Origin: the human T2T-CHM13v2.0 reference genome, Homo sapiens
DNA: 64,000 bases
Direction: 5' to 3' (one strand)
Assembly: GCF_009914755.1 (NCBI RefSeq)
Contig: NC_060925.1
Shown here: in pieces, positions 31,301 to 46,954 of the stretch
Layout of the letters: each line of letters begins with the position of its first letter
How positions within the stretch are numbered: the stretch's first letter is position 1
Position numbers and translations under genes: made by a program
The notes under the pieces: generated by a model
The model's input: only the letters and a program-made list of their open reading frames with translations
Databases searched by the model: none
What the model was told of the DNA's origin: nothing

Positions 31301-34300
31301 TTGTCTTCTAGGACATAAATTTCTTATTTTCCTTCCTACTTTGAAGGTTAAAACAAAAAAGCAAACAAAGTTGTGTGATGATATTTTAGTGTCTTGAAAT
31401 GGATTTCTCAGCCATTAAAATAAGGGATATGTATGACTTTTGCACCTCACCTGGGATTTGTCAGTGATACTCTCTGACTTGATATGTACCTTTTCAGGTT
31501 TGTCTTATAGATAAGATGCCATCGTGTGCCCTTTTTCTTTTACCCTAGGTTGGAACTTTGTGTTTAATTAGTAAGCCATCATGACCTCTGAACCTTCATT
31601 TAGACAATAACTAACAGTTATGGAGTACTTACTGTGTGTTTATAAGTGTTTTATGTGTATAGTTTCATTTAATGTAAATGATACTTGTTTTTGCTTTCTT
31701 CAGAGAATTGCTGTGAAGTTAAATGATGTTCAAATGAGATAATGAATGTTTGTACAAACACTGTAGTTATAAATTGTTATTAATAATGACAATAATATCT
31801 AACTACTTTCTCTTTGCCATTGTTGTCTTTAAGGTTTAATATAGTCTACAGCCTACATTTTTTGGTGCTGTAGTTTTTCCCAGTGCCTCATCTCATAGGA
31901 TGACACTTGTCTGATAAGTCCTCAGATAAATCACATGATGTTACATGAGTTATAGATTTGACATTCAGATTAGCTTTTTATTCTTTCCTTCCCTAGGAAG
32001 AAGTAATAATCACTGGCAATTCATATTGTTATTTGCCTCCTTAAAGTAGAAATCTATTTGTTTTCATATAAATTCTAGAAAAGCTATGGCTTTTTGATGT
32101 TACTGGACTCTCTTCACTCTTTCCTATTAATACCTGTGAAATTGACAATTTAAAGATAGATTTATAAAATGCAAATTAAATTTAAATTGTGATGGAGTTT
32201 TTGCATGTGTATATGTATGTGTTTATGTGCGTATACATATATAAAATAACTCTTTGGCCTCTAAATTTTTAAAGGATTAATGATAGTCAAATTAATGAAA
32301 GAAGAAAGAACCTAAGCCTATTTCTCCATTTTAGAAAAAGTTTTGTGTGATAGTTGCTTTATTATATTGTCAGTTTTCCCATGGTGATTCATTGTCATAT
32401 CTCAAATAGAGGAATATGTTCTGTATCCTTTATTTAAATTAGGAAAGTTCAGTTTTTCTTACCTTTTTCACTCAAATACAGAACAGTATAGGCTGTACAT
32501 TAATATTTATTGCCAAGATTTTGAGGATGACTTTAGAAAAGACAAAATTCTTGAATCTTACACAGCTTCAAACACTATTAACTCAGGTAAATAGTTACTT
32601 GCCATTCTACAATCAGAAATTTTGGTAGACTGAAATGGTGGACTATGAGAGGTAAACTGTGTTGTGATCACCTCTTTTATCATATATTATTGCTGCTACT
32701 TTTTTTCAGGAATTATAGCATTATTCTTAAGTACAGGTCAGCCTTACTGTTGAATTTAACATGTAGCTGTTGTGTACAATTTGAAGAGTAGAGCAGTGAT
32801 TTCATTTGCGTATTATAATGTTTTATGTTTATGGATATCTTTAAAATTTTTCCTAATTAGCAGTGAAAACATTTTGAAAGAAATGCTGGATTTGTTGGAA
32901 GCTCAGCTTGCATTTTAGCTATACCTTTAAAACTTTAAAAAATTCATTTCTTAATGACTTTACCAATCTAGAATTGAGAAAGACAGAATGGAGAAACAAC
33001 ATGAACCTTTTACATTTCACCTAACCTTCCTCTATCCCCACATGAAGCGTAATACCCCATAGGTGGAAACTGTCTTAAATTTTATTTTGTTTCCAAAAAC
33101 TTAAGCATACGTTAGTCTGGGCTTTTGGGAGTTATCTTGTAGAATAAGATTATTAAAGGACCTTACCATTTTCTAAGTAGATTTTATCCTAAATTTATAA
33201 TTGCATTGGAAAAGTGGGCTTTTTAAAAAAATTTAACCAATGTCATATGACACCATCCTCCCCTATTCCTCCCACCCTGAGTTACCAGTTTAATTTGAAA
33301 ACTTTGAATTTCCCACATATCCAAGTATGCAAGATTTTGCATTGTCCTCACATAAATGAACAAATCTTCAAAGCACGAAAAGTTGAGTATTTGTTTTATG
33401 TGCTCTTCATCTAGGTGCTTGTAGTAATGTTGGCACTTACAGGAGAAATTAAGAGATGAGGCAGAGAGGTGAAGAAAGGAGTCTTTAAAATAAGTGATTA
33501 AATTTTGGGCATTTATAGTATGTTGTGTGAGTACTTTTTGAAAATGACTAGTTAGTGGGGGAAAGTAACATTTCTACCTTTAAAAAGAATGTTCTTTGAA
33601 ATGAGAAGTAGTTTTAAAAGTTACTTAAATAAGAATGGTAGGTTATTTTAGTTACAATCTCACAAAAATGATGTTGTAGTATGTGACGTGAAATATAGTA
33701 GGTTTTGAGAGTTTTGACTATGTACATGACGTTGAATGTAGTCAAAAGTTGGCAATGTAATTTTTAAATTGAATTGTATTATACATTATTTCACATTTAT
33801 TATTCAGTTTAATTCTACCTTGTCCTGAAAAAGAGTTGAAGAGATACACAGATGTGTTTGTGTAATGCGGAATGGGTAAAAAGGCAAATGAGGTAGGAAA
33901 ATAAGTCAAAGTAAAGTATTTGTATGGATATTAAATAACTTATTTTAATTTTGTAGCCCATTTTTTTTGTTTTGTTTTTGTGGGTAGTGAGGTATTAAAG
34001 TACCAAAAAGATCTCTATATGTAACCCTTACTTCAGATTCTGAGGTAATTTGGAGTGATAGCATTTTTGCAGCCTTTTATTTAAGGAGCCAGGAAAGCAG
34101 ATTTCATACTTGCATTTTGGTCACAGAATAAAAGTGAAAGTTTTATTAAATAATAACAAGGATAGTTTGGGAAGATGAGGCATCTAGTGATAAGAATTGA
34201 GTTAGGATTTTGTGCCATACATGATTTATGATAAAGCTTTTCTTACTATGATACTAAAGGCTTTGATTGTAAGTTCAAGTAGTTTTCAATGCAGAATCCA

Positions 34301-34519
34301 TCAGTGTGGAACCTTATATAATGATTGTTGAGCACATTTTGACATAATTTAACATCATGTTATTGCTTATTTAGAAAAAAATGCTTAATACCAGTAATCT
34401 TTTTATTTCTTCTATCAAGTATATTTTGTTTCTGAGAGGATTAAAAATAACACGGTGCATTGAAGTGATATTTCTTGGTGGTTTTTAATTTAAGAAAATC
34501 TGATAAAGTAGTTTATAAC

Positions 34520-34655
34520 TTTTCTTTCTTCTTTTTGTAGAGACAAGGTCTTGCTTTCTTGCCTAAGCTGGTCTTGAACTCCCGCCCTTTAATGATCCTC
34601 CCATCTTAGCCTCCCAAAGTGTTGGGATTACAAGCATGAGCCACTGTGCACAGCT
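34520..34655 (-). mobile_element. FLAM / Alu left monomer
   Basis: TTTTGTAGAGACAAGGTCTTGC...CCTCCCAAAGTGTTGGGATTACAAGCATGAGCCACTG. Confidence 0.8.
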
Positions 34656-34795
34656 AGATAGCTAAGAGAAATATGGATTAAGTTGACTATTATAAGTTAT
34701 GGTTTTCAAATATGATTTAAAATAAATATTGTTAGACTAACATTAAGGGCTAAAGTGAAATTACCAAAGCACGTATTAAAGACAAATTTGGGGCG

Positions 34796-34952
34796 ATATC
34801 ACATGTTCTCACATATGTGAGAGCTAAAAAAATTTGATCACATGAGAGTAGAGAGTAAAAAGATAAGAGACTGGGAAAGGTGAGTGTTGGGGAGAATGAA
34901 GAGAAGTGGGTTAAAGGGTACAAACATGCAGACAGACGGAATAAATTTAATG
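34796..34952 (+). mobile_element. L1MA 3' UTR fragment
   Basis: ATCACATGTTCTCACATATGTGAGAGCTAAAA...GAGACTGGGAAAGG...GGGTACAAACAT. Confidence 0.7.
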
Positions 34953-35734
34953 TTATAATTCTCCTGGTTGTTCATGATATACCATGTACCATTTCATATA
35001 ATTCATGTAATATACCCTCTTATTTTATAGGCAAAGCAACAGCAGCCTAAGTCTTGCTGGGGGATAAAAATATTTCTGAATAAATAAAGTGATACATAAA
35101 TCATATAACTTTGATTTTAGGCTAGGGTCATGATCAAATACATTGATTTGTTATTTGTAAAATTAAAATTACTGATTTAATAAATAGTGGTACCTGTCTT
35201 TTTCTCTGTCTGTATTAGAACAGCATTAGTAATAGGAAGCAAGCAGGATAGTCACTAAAAGCACATGCAGTGTCAGAAATAAGAAGTGGGATCTCTTTTC
35301 AAGGGGAGGAGACAGAAGAAGGCAGGAGAAGTACAGCAATCCAGGTTAGGTTATTGTGGTAAACCTGTCTTTCTCAGAAGCTTCTGAGCACAATTCTGAA
35401 GAAGGTAACATAATTATAATGTGCTCGTAAAATAATGGGGCAAAAAAATATTCTTCAAAGTAGTTACCTTGAGGAAGTTATACATTAGAAAATATAATTG
35501 CTAAAATATTTTGAAATTCTTTATGAAATTGGTTTCAGAACCTTTTAAAACTGCAAGATCATTTTTGTAGCCATAGATTAAAATTATAATTAAAATTTTT
35601 AAATTGTAAAAGTAATTATAGAATATTTAGAGAACATGAAAAGTAACGCTTTTTTCACATACTAATAAAACCATTGTTCTTTGCAAAGTTTTTTCATATG
35701 GATTCTTTAGATAAAACTTATTTTAATCTACTCA

Positions 35735-37630
<1,896 letters not shown>

Positions 37631-38035
37631 AATGATATTTCCTTTTCTGTACCTTTTTGACTGTTTCGTTCTTTAGTCTATCTGGAATTTAGCTGTGTAG
37701 GGATGCAGGGAATAGGATATGTGTCTAGACCTTCTGATTATGCTACTTTGTCTAATAGTTCTTGTGTTAGGATTATACTATTTTAAATTTTTATAGCATT
37801 AAATTCTTTAGTATCTGGTAGGGCTAATCTTGCTTTACTTTCCTATTTATTGTTGCATATGAACCTCAGAATTGTTAAGTCATTAAAAAAAAGAAGTAGA
37901 ATTATAAATAGAACTGCTTAAAATTAGTAATATAATTAGAATGATAGTGTTATGATGTTTGGACTTCTCTGGAAATTTATTTCTCTTTGTTGACTCAGAT
38001 CTTCTTTTATGTTTTGGAGGTTTTGTAATTTTCTT

Positions 38036-38352
38036 TTTCTCCTTTTTTTTTTTTTTTTTTTTTTTTTTTGAGATAGAGGCTTGCTCTGTTGCCCAGGCTA
38101 GTGTGCAGTGGCACAATCTCGGCTCACTGCAACCACTGTCTCCAGGGTGTAAGTGATTCTCGTGTCTCAGCCTCTTGAGTAGCTGAGATTCCAGGCGTGC
38201 ACCACCACTCCCAGCTTATTTTTTATATGTTTAGTAGAGATGGGGTTTTGCCGTGTTGACCAGGCTAGTCTCAAACTCCTGGCCTCAAGTGATCTGCGCA
38301 CCTCGGCCTCCTAAAGTGCTGGAATTACAGGCGTGAGCCACCACACATGGCC
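38036..38352 (-). mobile_element. Alu element (AluS/J)
   Basis: Antisense Alu with long T run; TSD TAATTTTCTTT. Confidence 0.9.
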
Positions 38353-38417
38353 TCATAATTTTCTTTGTCTCATTTATAGAAGTTTCTTGTGAGGTGTATT
38401 TTCTGCATTTTTAAAGC

Positions 38418-38640
38418 CTTTTTATTTTGAAATAATCTTTAATTCACATGAAAGTTGCGCAGATAGTACAGAATTCATGTGTATCCTTCACCCAGTTTTC
38501 CCCATCATGACAGCTTATGAAACTGTAATACAATTATCAAACACAGGAAATCGATGGTGGTATGATACTATTAATTAAACTATAGACCTTATTTAGATTT
38601 TACCAGTTTTTACCTGTACTTTTTTTGTCATATGTATAGT
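38418..38640 (-). mobile_element. L1M 3' terminal fragment
   Basis: TTTTATTTTGAAATAAT...TTCACA.GAAAGTTGC..AGATAGTACAGA...CCTTCACCCAGTTT. Confidence 0.7.
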
Positions 38641-39089
38641 TTTGCTATTATTATTGCAATGGCTTTCTACTACATTTCTCTCTCTTTCTCTCTGTCTCTT
38701 TGCCTCCTTCCCTGCCTTCTGAAGAGTAAAAATGGTGTTAATTTTCAGAAGCTGCTTTGCTAATAGATTTTAAATTCTGAGTTTTTGGTTGCTTTCATTG
38801 AATGTTTTTTAAATTTTTAAATTATTTTTAAATTTTTTCTCTTCTTTTCAAAGGTACTGATCATTGAATTTTTAGGGATGTAATTTTCTCATTTGCTAAA
38901 AATGTTATTTTTGTTTCTATAACATGTCATTGCATTGGCTAGGCTAGATTTCCAAATTATACTTTTTGTGCCTAATTTTTGTATAATAGTCCTCGAGTTT
39001 CCCTTTAAGAGAAAAATTAGCTACTGTGTACATTATTAGTTGATTTCTCTAATATCTGACATTAAAATTAATCATTGATATGCAATGAA

Positions 39090-39300
39090 TGCTTTACCAA
39101 GTTTCAGGAGTTATAATCATTTCAAATAAATCATGTAATTTAACCCTTACAACCTCCTAAGATAGGTGTCAATATTATTCCTGTTTACAGGTGAGTAAAT
39201 TCAGTTGGGTTAAATGATTTATTTGTTCAAGGTCACATAGTTTAGGTAAGAAGCTCAAACCTGAGTTTTAGGTTTCTTACTCATTTTGCATTTAACCGTT
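39090..39300 (-). mobile_element. MIR SINE
   Basis: TTTAACCCTTACAAC...AGATAGGT..ATTATTCCTGTTTACAGGTGAG...GTTAAATGATT..TTCAAGGTCACATAG matches the MIR core. Confidence 0.7.
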
Positions 39301-39351
39301 CTTTTATATTCTCTTCTATTGCAATAGAAAAGATCAATTGTAAACTATTCA

Positions 39352-39752
<401 letters not shown>

Positions 39753-42142
39753 TCAGGTTAAACACTATTTGCAAACTGATATTCCCGAATTTAAATAGAC
39801 TTATCAAAATTGTATGTTTATATTTTAAAGGATCAAAATACTGAGCCTGCACCTTCCTCCCTCCTTCCTTCCAGAGGTATTAATTAAGTATAGCCCCTAT
39901 TGAGAACCTAAATATGTCAAAATTTACCTAGGTGGATATGGAATTAAGTGTGGGAATACAAGGAAATTAATATTTTATATTTAAATATGAAGGACAATGT
40001 ATAGTTAGCTTTTTGAAGAACATCAAATATTAACTTTTCTATCATGCAAGTTGTATGCATTCTTTCTTATTTGTGATAACTTTAAGATGATGTCAAAGTT
40101 TCACTGTGACTTAAGAGTGAGTAAATTATAAAACAGTAGAATCATTTATTTGAAAGAGGCCTTGGTTTTACTCAGCTTCCTTCCCATTGTGGGAATGCCT
40201 TCCTCTCCTACATTTTTTCAGCATCTTATTTGGGAGAAAAGGTTTAATTTTTTATTCCTAGCTGCAGTCTTTAACAGTTTTCTTAAAATATTTATTCTTT
40301 TCAGATTGCCTTTCCTTCTACCTTATATATATATAAAATCCCTTTCTAATCTGAGCTAATCAGTCTTTTTTTTTCTTTTTTTTCTGGTAGCTGTATTGAT
40401 TTCTTTAGGTACCTTTATCTTCTGCATTGGCATTCGTTGGTACCTTCTCTTCCACCTGTCCTACTCTTATTTCAGTAATTTAGATGAGGTAAAATTTGTA
40501 AAAATCACACTTGCGCTTACAGATCTTAACTATATAATAAAACTTTAAAAATGCATTATATTTTTGTCATTGCCCTTTATTACATGTGTACTCAGACAAT
40601 AATCATTGTCTGATATTTAACTAGAGCATGTGTTTAGCATGAATACCTAGCACTGTTCTATTACTGTAACATTCATATTCTGAAATCCTCTGGAAGGAAA
40701 CAGTAAGATTATATGTTGATTTCTTCTTATTTAAGGAAAGATTCATTGGTTGAACATGGTTTTATGTTTTGTGTTTGGAGATGGACTGTATTTAGAGACA
40801 TCTCTTTTTCCCCCAGAAGTTCTGTTTTAAATTAATGAGAAATTGGGTGAACTTATTTTCTTGCTGAGGTACACAGCTTGAAGTTTTGGAAGTAAAGTAT
40901 ACATAGTCTTTTCTATATGGGAATGGTGGAATTTTCTAGACTTGATTAAAGTACTGTTGTTTAATTTTTTAATGAGAACCTTCTTTCCCAATACTTACAA
41001 TGTCAGTACTTTCAATTAAGTTGCTGTGAATAATTCCTCCTGCCCATTTTTTCTTCAGCTTTTTAATTTTTCCAAGTTGAGTTTTGAATTTTTGATCTCT
41101 TTTGACAGCCTTTTTTTCTTTTTGGCTAGGACTCTCTACATAACTTTTGTGATAGTTATGGAAAACAGTGGGATAGATGTTCAGATGTTATAACTTCTCT
41201 TTTTTGGCTGGGATGGGGTGGATGAGTAAAAAGAAAAAATCAATAAGTCAGTGAATGTTGGCAGGTGTTCAGAGATTTTTTCTGTGTGTCATTCACCGTG
41301 GCACAGTTAAGTAACTGCTTATGATTAAGTTTTTCACAGTCTCAGAAAATAAGGAGTTTCAAATAATAATGTGGGTAACTGATTAGTATCCAACTAGTAG
41401 TGGTGTTGGATGGATTAATTGATTCTTAGAGAGTCTAGGAAATGTCAGAACAGTATACATTCAAACTGCTATTACGACAAAGTAAAAGTTACCTTGAAAA
41501 ATAAGTAATTCAACTGGTAGAAGAAACTTTAAGGGACAGACTAGATTTGGTTTTCTATATGGTCTTTCATTCTGAATACTAATTAGTACTTGAACATATA
41601 TAAAGCTCAAGTGTTGTTTTTTTTAGAAATACAGTTGTGAAGTGGTTATGCAAATAAATTCAATTTAAATTTCTTGTCATGTAAAATGTGTAGAAGGACT
41701 TACTGAGGTTACTTTCAGTCTTGTTTTTTTCTCAGATAGCGATGAACCATTTTCATCATTATTGTTTGGACTTTTATTATATTTAAGGACAGGAGTTAAA
41801 TATAAGTCCTGAAGAAAAACAAATGTTTCATATCACACTTACTTTAGAGTAAAGCTTAGTTGTAGCTGTGTACAATAATCAGTTGTAAAAAGGTGTTTCC
41901 ATTCTTCCATTGTCCTTTTGGCTTATTTCTCTTGTCTTATTCAATTTGCTGTGGATTTGTTTTTGTAGTGGGAAAATTAATTTGAGCTGAAGTGTGTCAG
42001 GATTACTTAGCAAAAAATTACTGTTTGTTGTCCCACAAAAAAAGTAGATACTACTTAACCTTTTTTACTCCATGTCATGGATGTACTTATGTTTTCACCT
42101 TGTGGAATACTGAATCAAGTTTACACTCTTAGGATCTTAGAA

Positions 42143-42290
42143 TAGTGGTTTTCGCTCTTGGCTACAGGTAGGAATCATGTTGGAAGATTTCAAAAATGCT
42201 GGTGCATGTGTCCCACCCTTGGAAGATTGATTGATTGCCTTAGGGTGTGGCCTGCGCCTCAGTTCCTATGTGCACTAAGGTTAAGAGCCT
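42143..42290. mobile_element. MER5-like hAT MITE
   Basis: AGTGGTTTTC...GAATCA..TGGAAGATTTCAAAAATGCTG...CCCACCC...GGTTAAGAGCCTCT. Confidence 0.55.
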
Positions 42291-42682
42291 CTAGAGACTC
42301 ATGCACAATAACACGTGTTAAAATTGGCTCCTAAAAATTGTCATATAGTCATAAGATTAATATATCATGAATGTGTAAAATGATATTCTTGAGTTTGCCA
42401 TGGTCTTCTAAAATGAGCAGTGTTAATAATACTACACATATTTTGAGAGGAGTTTACCACATTTGGCCAAAAGACCAAAAAGCTCAGCAATTAACTGCCT
42501 AAAGTAACAAAGCAGGTAGAGAAATAATGTTTTCTTAGTTAGCCTAATAATGTATCTTTCAAGGGGATGGATAAGATTCCAGTTAAACTATTTACTGTTA
42601 GCAATATTTTTTTGTAAGCTATTTTTGTAAATCCACAGTGTGCCTTCTAGGTTTTTTTTCTCTTACTCTCAAAACTGAAATA

Positions 42683-43004
<322 letters not shown>

Positions 43005-43309
43005 TCAAAGTTGCATGTATAAACGTTATTAAAAAAGATTCATCATTTGAATATTTAGTTACTGTTTACTAAAGCTGCATGTTTAAGAGTTTCTTTAGGT
43101 GACTTCACATATATTATTGTCATATTCATTAGGCTATGGTAGGAAGTCCAGTTAGATTTAAACTGATACTTGTTCTACTCAGAATAATTTATGTCACCTG
43201 AAGAGAAGCTGATGGCTATATTCTTATTTCAGCATATTTGGATATGGGAAAATTAATTAAACTAAAATTCTCATATGACTTTGGAAATGACTATTGAAAA
43301 CACACTGGC

Positions 43310-43598
43310 GACTGGGCACAGTGGCTTACACCTGTAATCCTAGCTAGCCCTTTGGGAGGCTGGGGCTGTAGGATTGCTTAGGCAAGGAGTTCAAGACCAG
43401 CCTGGGCAACATAGCAAGACCCCATCTCTACAAAATATACAAAAATTTACCATGTGTGGTGGCATGTGCTTGTGGTCCCAGCTACTTGAGGGGCTGAGGT
43501 GTCAGGATCACTTGAGCCTGGGAGGTGCAGTCGGGTGAGATGGTGCCACTGCACTCCAGCATGGGTGACAGAACAAGACCCTGTCTCAAAAAAAGAAA
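43310..43598 (+). mobile_element. AluJ element
   Basis: Diverged Alu; TSD AAAACACA(C/T)TGG. Confidence 0.85.
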
Positions 43599-44090
43599 AA
43601 ACACATTGGGAAGTAGAAAAGCTACTCATGAGCCATCTAAGTGACATGTAGTCCAAACATCTGTAATATGCTGTAGAACTGGAACAAAATGATATTAAGG
43701 ATAATTTTAGAAGCATCTTCGTGAATAGTTACTGATGTAGGCCAGTTCTTGGCAAAATTATGTCATTGGTTTGTATTTGGTCCTTGCCTGTTTTCTGGAG
43801 ACCCTCCTACTCTGTCCCTAGTGCTGTGACACTTTCCCTTTCATTCTTCTCTGAAGTATCTGGATTTGTCTTCCTATAAATTATATAATATTCCTCATTT
43901 TTTCTCCTCCTTTGACCAAAATCTTTTCTTAGCCATGGAGTTTTTATTCTTGGGGAGGGGCTGCCAGGTTGAGAGACAAAGCAATTATACCATTTTCTCC
44001 CCAATTATTTACTTAACCATAAATCTGTGTACCTACTACTTGGCTTTATTAAATATTAATATACATCTACATTTATAAAAAAAAAATTAC

Positions 44091-44390
44091 AGCCGGGCAC
44101 CGTGGCTCACACCTGTAATCCCAGCACTTTGGGAGGCTGAGGCGGGTGGATCAGTTGAGGTCAGGAGTTGAAGACCAGCCTGGCCAACATGGTGAAACCC
44201 TGTCTCTACTGAAAATACAAAAAAATTAGTCGGGCATTGTGGCGGGTGTCTGTAATCCCAGCTACTCAGGAGGCTAAGGCAGGAGAGTGGGCTTGAACCC
44301 GGGAGACGGAGGTTGCAGTGAGCCGAGATTGCACCACTGCACTCCAGCCTGGGCAACAGAGCAAGAATCCATCTCAAAAAAACAAAACAA
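44091..44390 (+). mobile_element. AluS element
   Basis: Two-arm Alu with A-rich tail. Confidence 0.92.
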
Positions 44391-46033
44391 AAAAACTACA
44401 GCTATATCAAAGCCCCTGGTACCTGCTACTGAACCTGTTTTCCTCTGTTCTGCTCACAGGTAACTGCCAAGTAGAGTTTATCTTTTTCAGAAACATTTTC
44501 AGAAACCAAGTCAATCTTTTAAGTAATAAATCAAAATGAGTGAAATTTAGGAGGGAAATGTTTATGAGCAGAAGCTTAATACTGTACTTAGAGGTTATAA
44601 ATAGTTGATAAAACCAGTTCTGCATCTGGACTGTTTTCATCCTTCTGTGTTTGACTATTCAGAGCTAATTGTTTAAAGACTTTCCTAATAAAAATTTGAA
44701 AATGCTTGCAAACCTAGGCTATAAGGAGACACAAAGGATTAATTCTACTTTGTTAAAATCTACTAATGTGTGTTGAAATGTGATTATGGCTTGTCGACAA
44801 GGAACCATTGGATGAACAGAATTCAGTGTTTATAGAACTAGATTGTTGGCAGGCACACTTAACTACTGCCAGCATCACTCAAACCAGCCAACTCTTTCAT
44901 CTTTAGTAAATACTTTGTCAAATAAGTTATCAGTCTCTTTAAAATTTAGATAATGAATAGAATTCATTTAGATGTTAGTTAACAGTGCAGTTAAAATAGG
45001 CTATCTTAGATTATCTTTGTTCTTCTGTTCTATTTGGTTTAGATTAAAAGTGCTAAAGGAATGCTGAAGAGGGTGGAACAACAGCATAAACATTTTTGAG
45101 AGGGTGGAATAGAGAACATAAACATTTTTGGAGTTCTAAATCTAAATAAAATTATTTCAGAAATAATGAAAATATTTTGTATTATTTCTGAGGAAAATCA
45201 GCTTTTTGGGGGGTACTTTTTCTGCAGCACTGTTTAGCTATTTTTGGCAAATGAAAAAGGTATTGGGGTAGAGACAGAGATTTCCTATTTGAAGTTGAGG
45301 CAATGAATAACTCCTTTCCCCTACTCCAATCTCCTTAAGAAGAAATAAGCTTTTCTTCATTGATAAGGTAAAGTTAGTTTTATACTGTTTATTTAAAACA
45401 CCACCACCACCAGCATCTCAACTCTTCCCCCAAATTAGCTTTGTGTCTGAACTCTACTTTAGTCAATGATTCCTTTATATTTTTATATCTCTTAGGCTTG
45501 AAAACTAGGAGTCATCCTTGATTTTTTTCCCCCCTTATCTACAATCATCAGACTTTCTGGCTCTGTCTCCTTGGGGCTTGCTTTAAGCTTTACCCTTCAT
45601 AACAAACATGATATGTTAGTAGTTTCTTTCAGCTTTAAAATATTATGACCTTTAAGATCTAAAATTAAATGTTGAAATGTAAAATTTAAAGGCTTATTGA
45701 AAGAATGTTAATAACTTTTTAAAAAAGTATTGGTTTAAGATTAGATTCTCCTAACTAAAAGGATCCTAAAAATTAAGAGTAAGATATTTAGAACTTTGTA
45801 CTAAGTGTAAAGTCTTAGTATTACAAATAAATCATTGGGTATTTATTATTATTTAAATGTCTGATACTGAGCTTTGCATCTTATTATGGAGAAAAACTTT
45901 GGATTCCAATTGAAACGAGAAGAAATTATTGTTATATCTTAACCAGCGTCTAGGCAACTTGGACCCTTCAGATACTGACACTGAGAGAACTTAATCCCAA
46001 AATAAATAAAAATTTTGAATTAACATTCTTTTT

Positions 46034-46632
46034 AGTCCGGGTGCAGTGCCCCACGCCTTTAATCCCAGCACTTTGGAGGCTGAGGTTGAGGCTGGTGGAT
46101 CACTTGAGCCTAGAAGTTTGAGACCAGCCTGGGCAACATGGCAAAACGTTGTCTCTACAAAAAGTACAAAAATTAGCCAGGTATGGTGGCAGGCACCTGT
46201 GGTTCCAGCTATTTGTGAAGCTGAAGTGGGAGGATCTGAGCCCTGGGAGATTGAGAATACAGTGAGCACTGATTACACCACTGCACTCCAGCCTAGGCAG
46301 AACTAGACCCTATCTCAGAAAAAAAAAGAAAAAAAAAATTCTGGCCAGGCAGGGTAGCTCACACCTGTAATCCCAGCACTTTGGGTGGCTGAGGCAGGTG
46401 GATTACCTGAGATCAGGAGTTTGAGACCAGCCTGGCCAACATGGTGAAACCCCATCTCTACTAAAAATGCAAAAATTAGCTGGGCGTGGTGGCGGGTGCC
46501 TGTAATCTCAGCTACTTGGGAGGCTGAGGCAGGAGAATCGCTTGAACCCAGGAGGTGGAGGTTTGCAGTGAGCCAAGACTGCGCCATTGCACTCTCCCTG
46601 GGTAACGAGTGAAACTCTGTCTCAAAAAAAAA
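46034..46632 (+). mobile_element. Tandem Alus: AluJ (46034-46329) with an AluS (46343-46632) inserted at its tail
   Basis: The second Alu is flanked by AAAAAAAATTCT on both sides. Confidence 0.9.
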
Positions 46633-46954
46633 AAAATTCTTTTAGAAGTCACCTTGAAACATTTAATGTTGTTTATTTCCTTCATGGTGGGTAGGGGGTG
46701 ATAAATTGCAAAAAGAGATAATGTATAGGTTGGTCTTATGCAAATACCCTAAAATTAAGAAAAAAATTATTCGATAGTGGAAGTTGTCCAGGAGAATTAA
46801 TAGGAAGCATAAACAGTTTTGAAGACAGGGAACTTCTGAGGGTATAACTTTTGAGGTAGAGTGGGTGATAAATTTGAGTAGATAACTTAGAAAATGTTAA
46901 ATGCCAGAATGACATAAACGTTTTTTGGCCTAGTGATTTTTAAAAATTGACATG

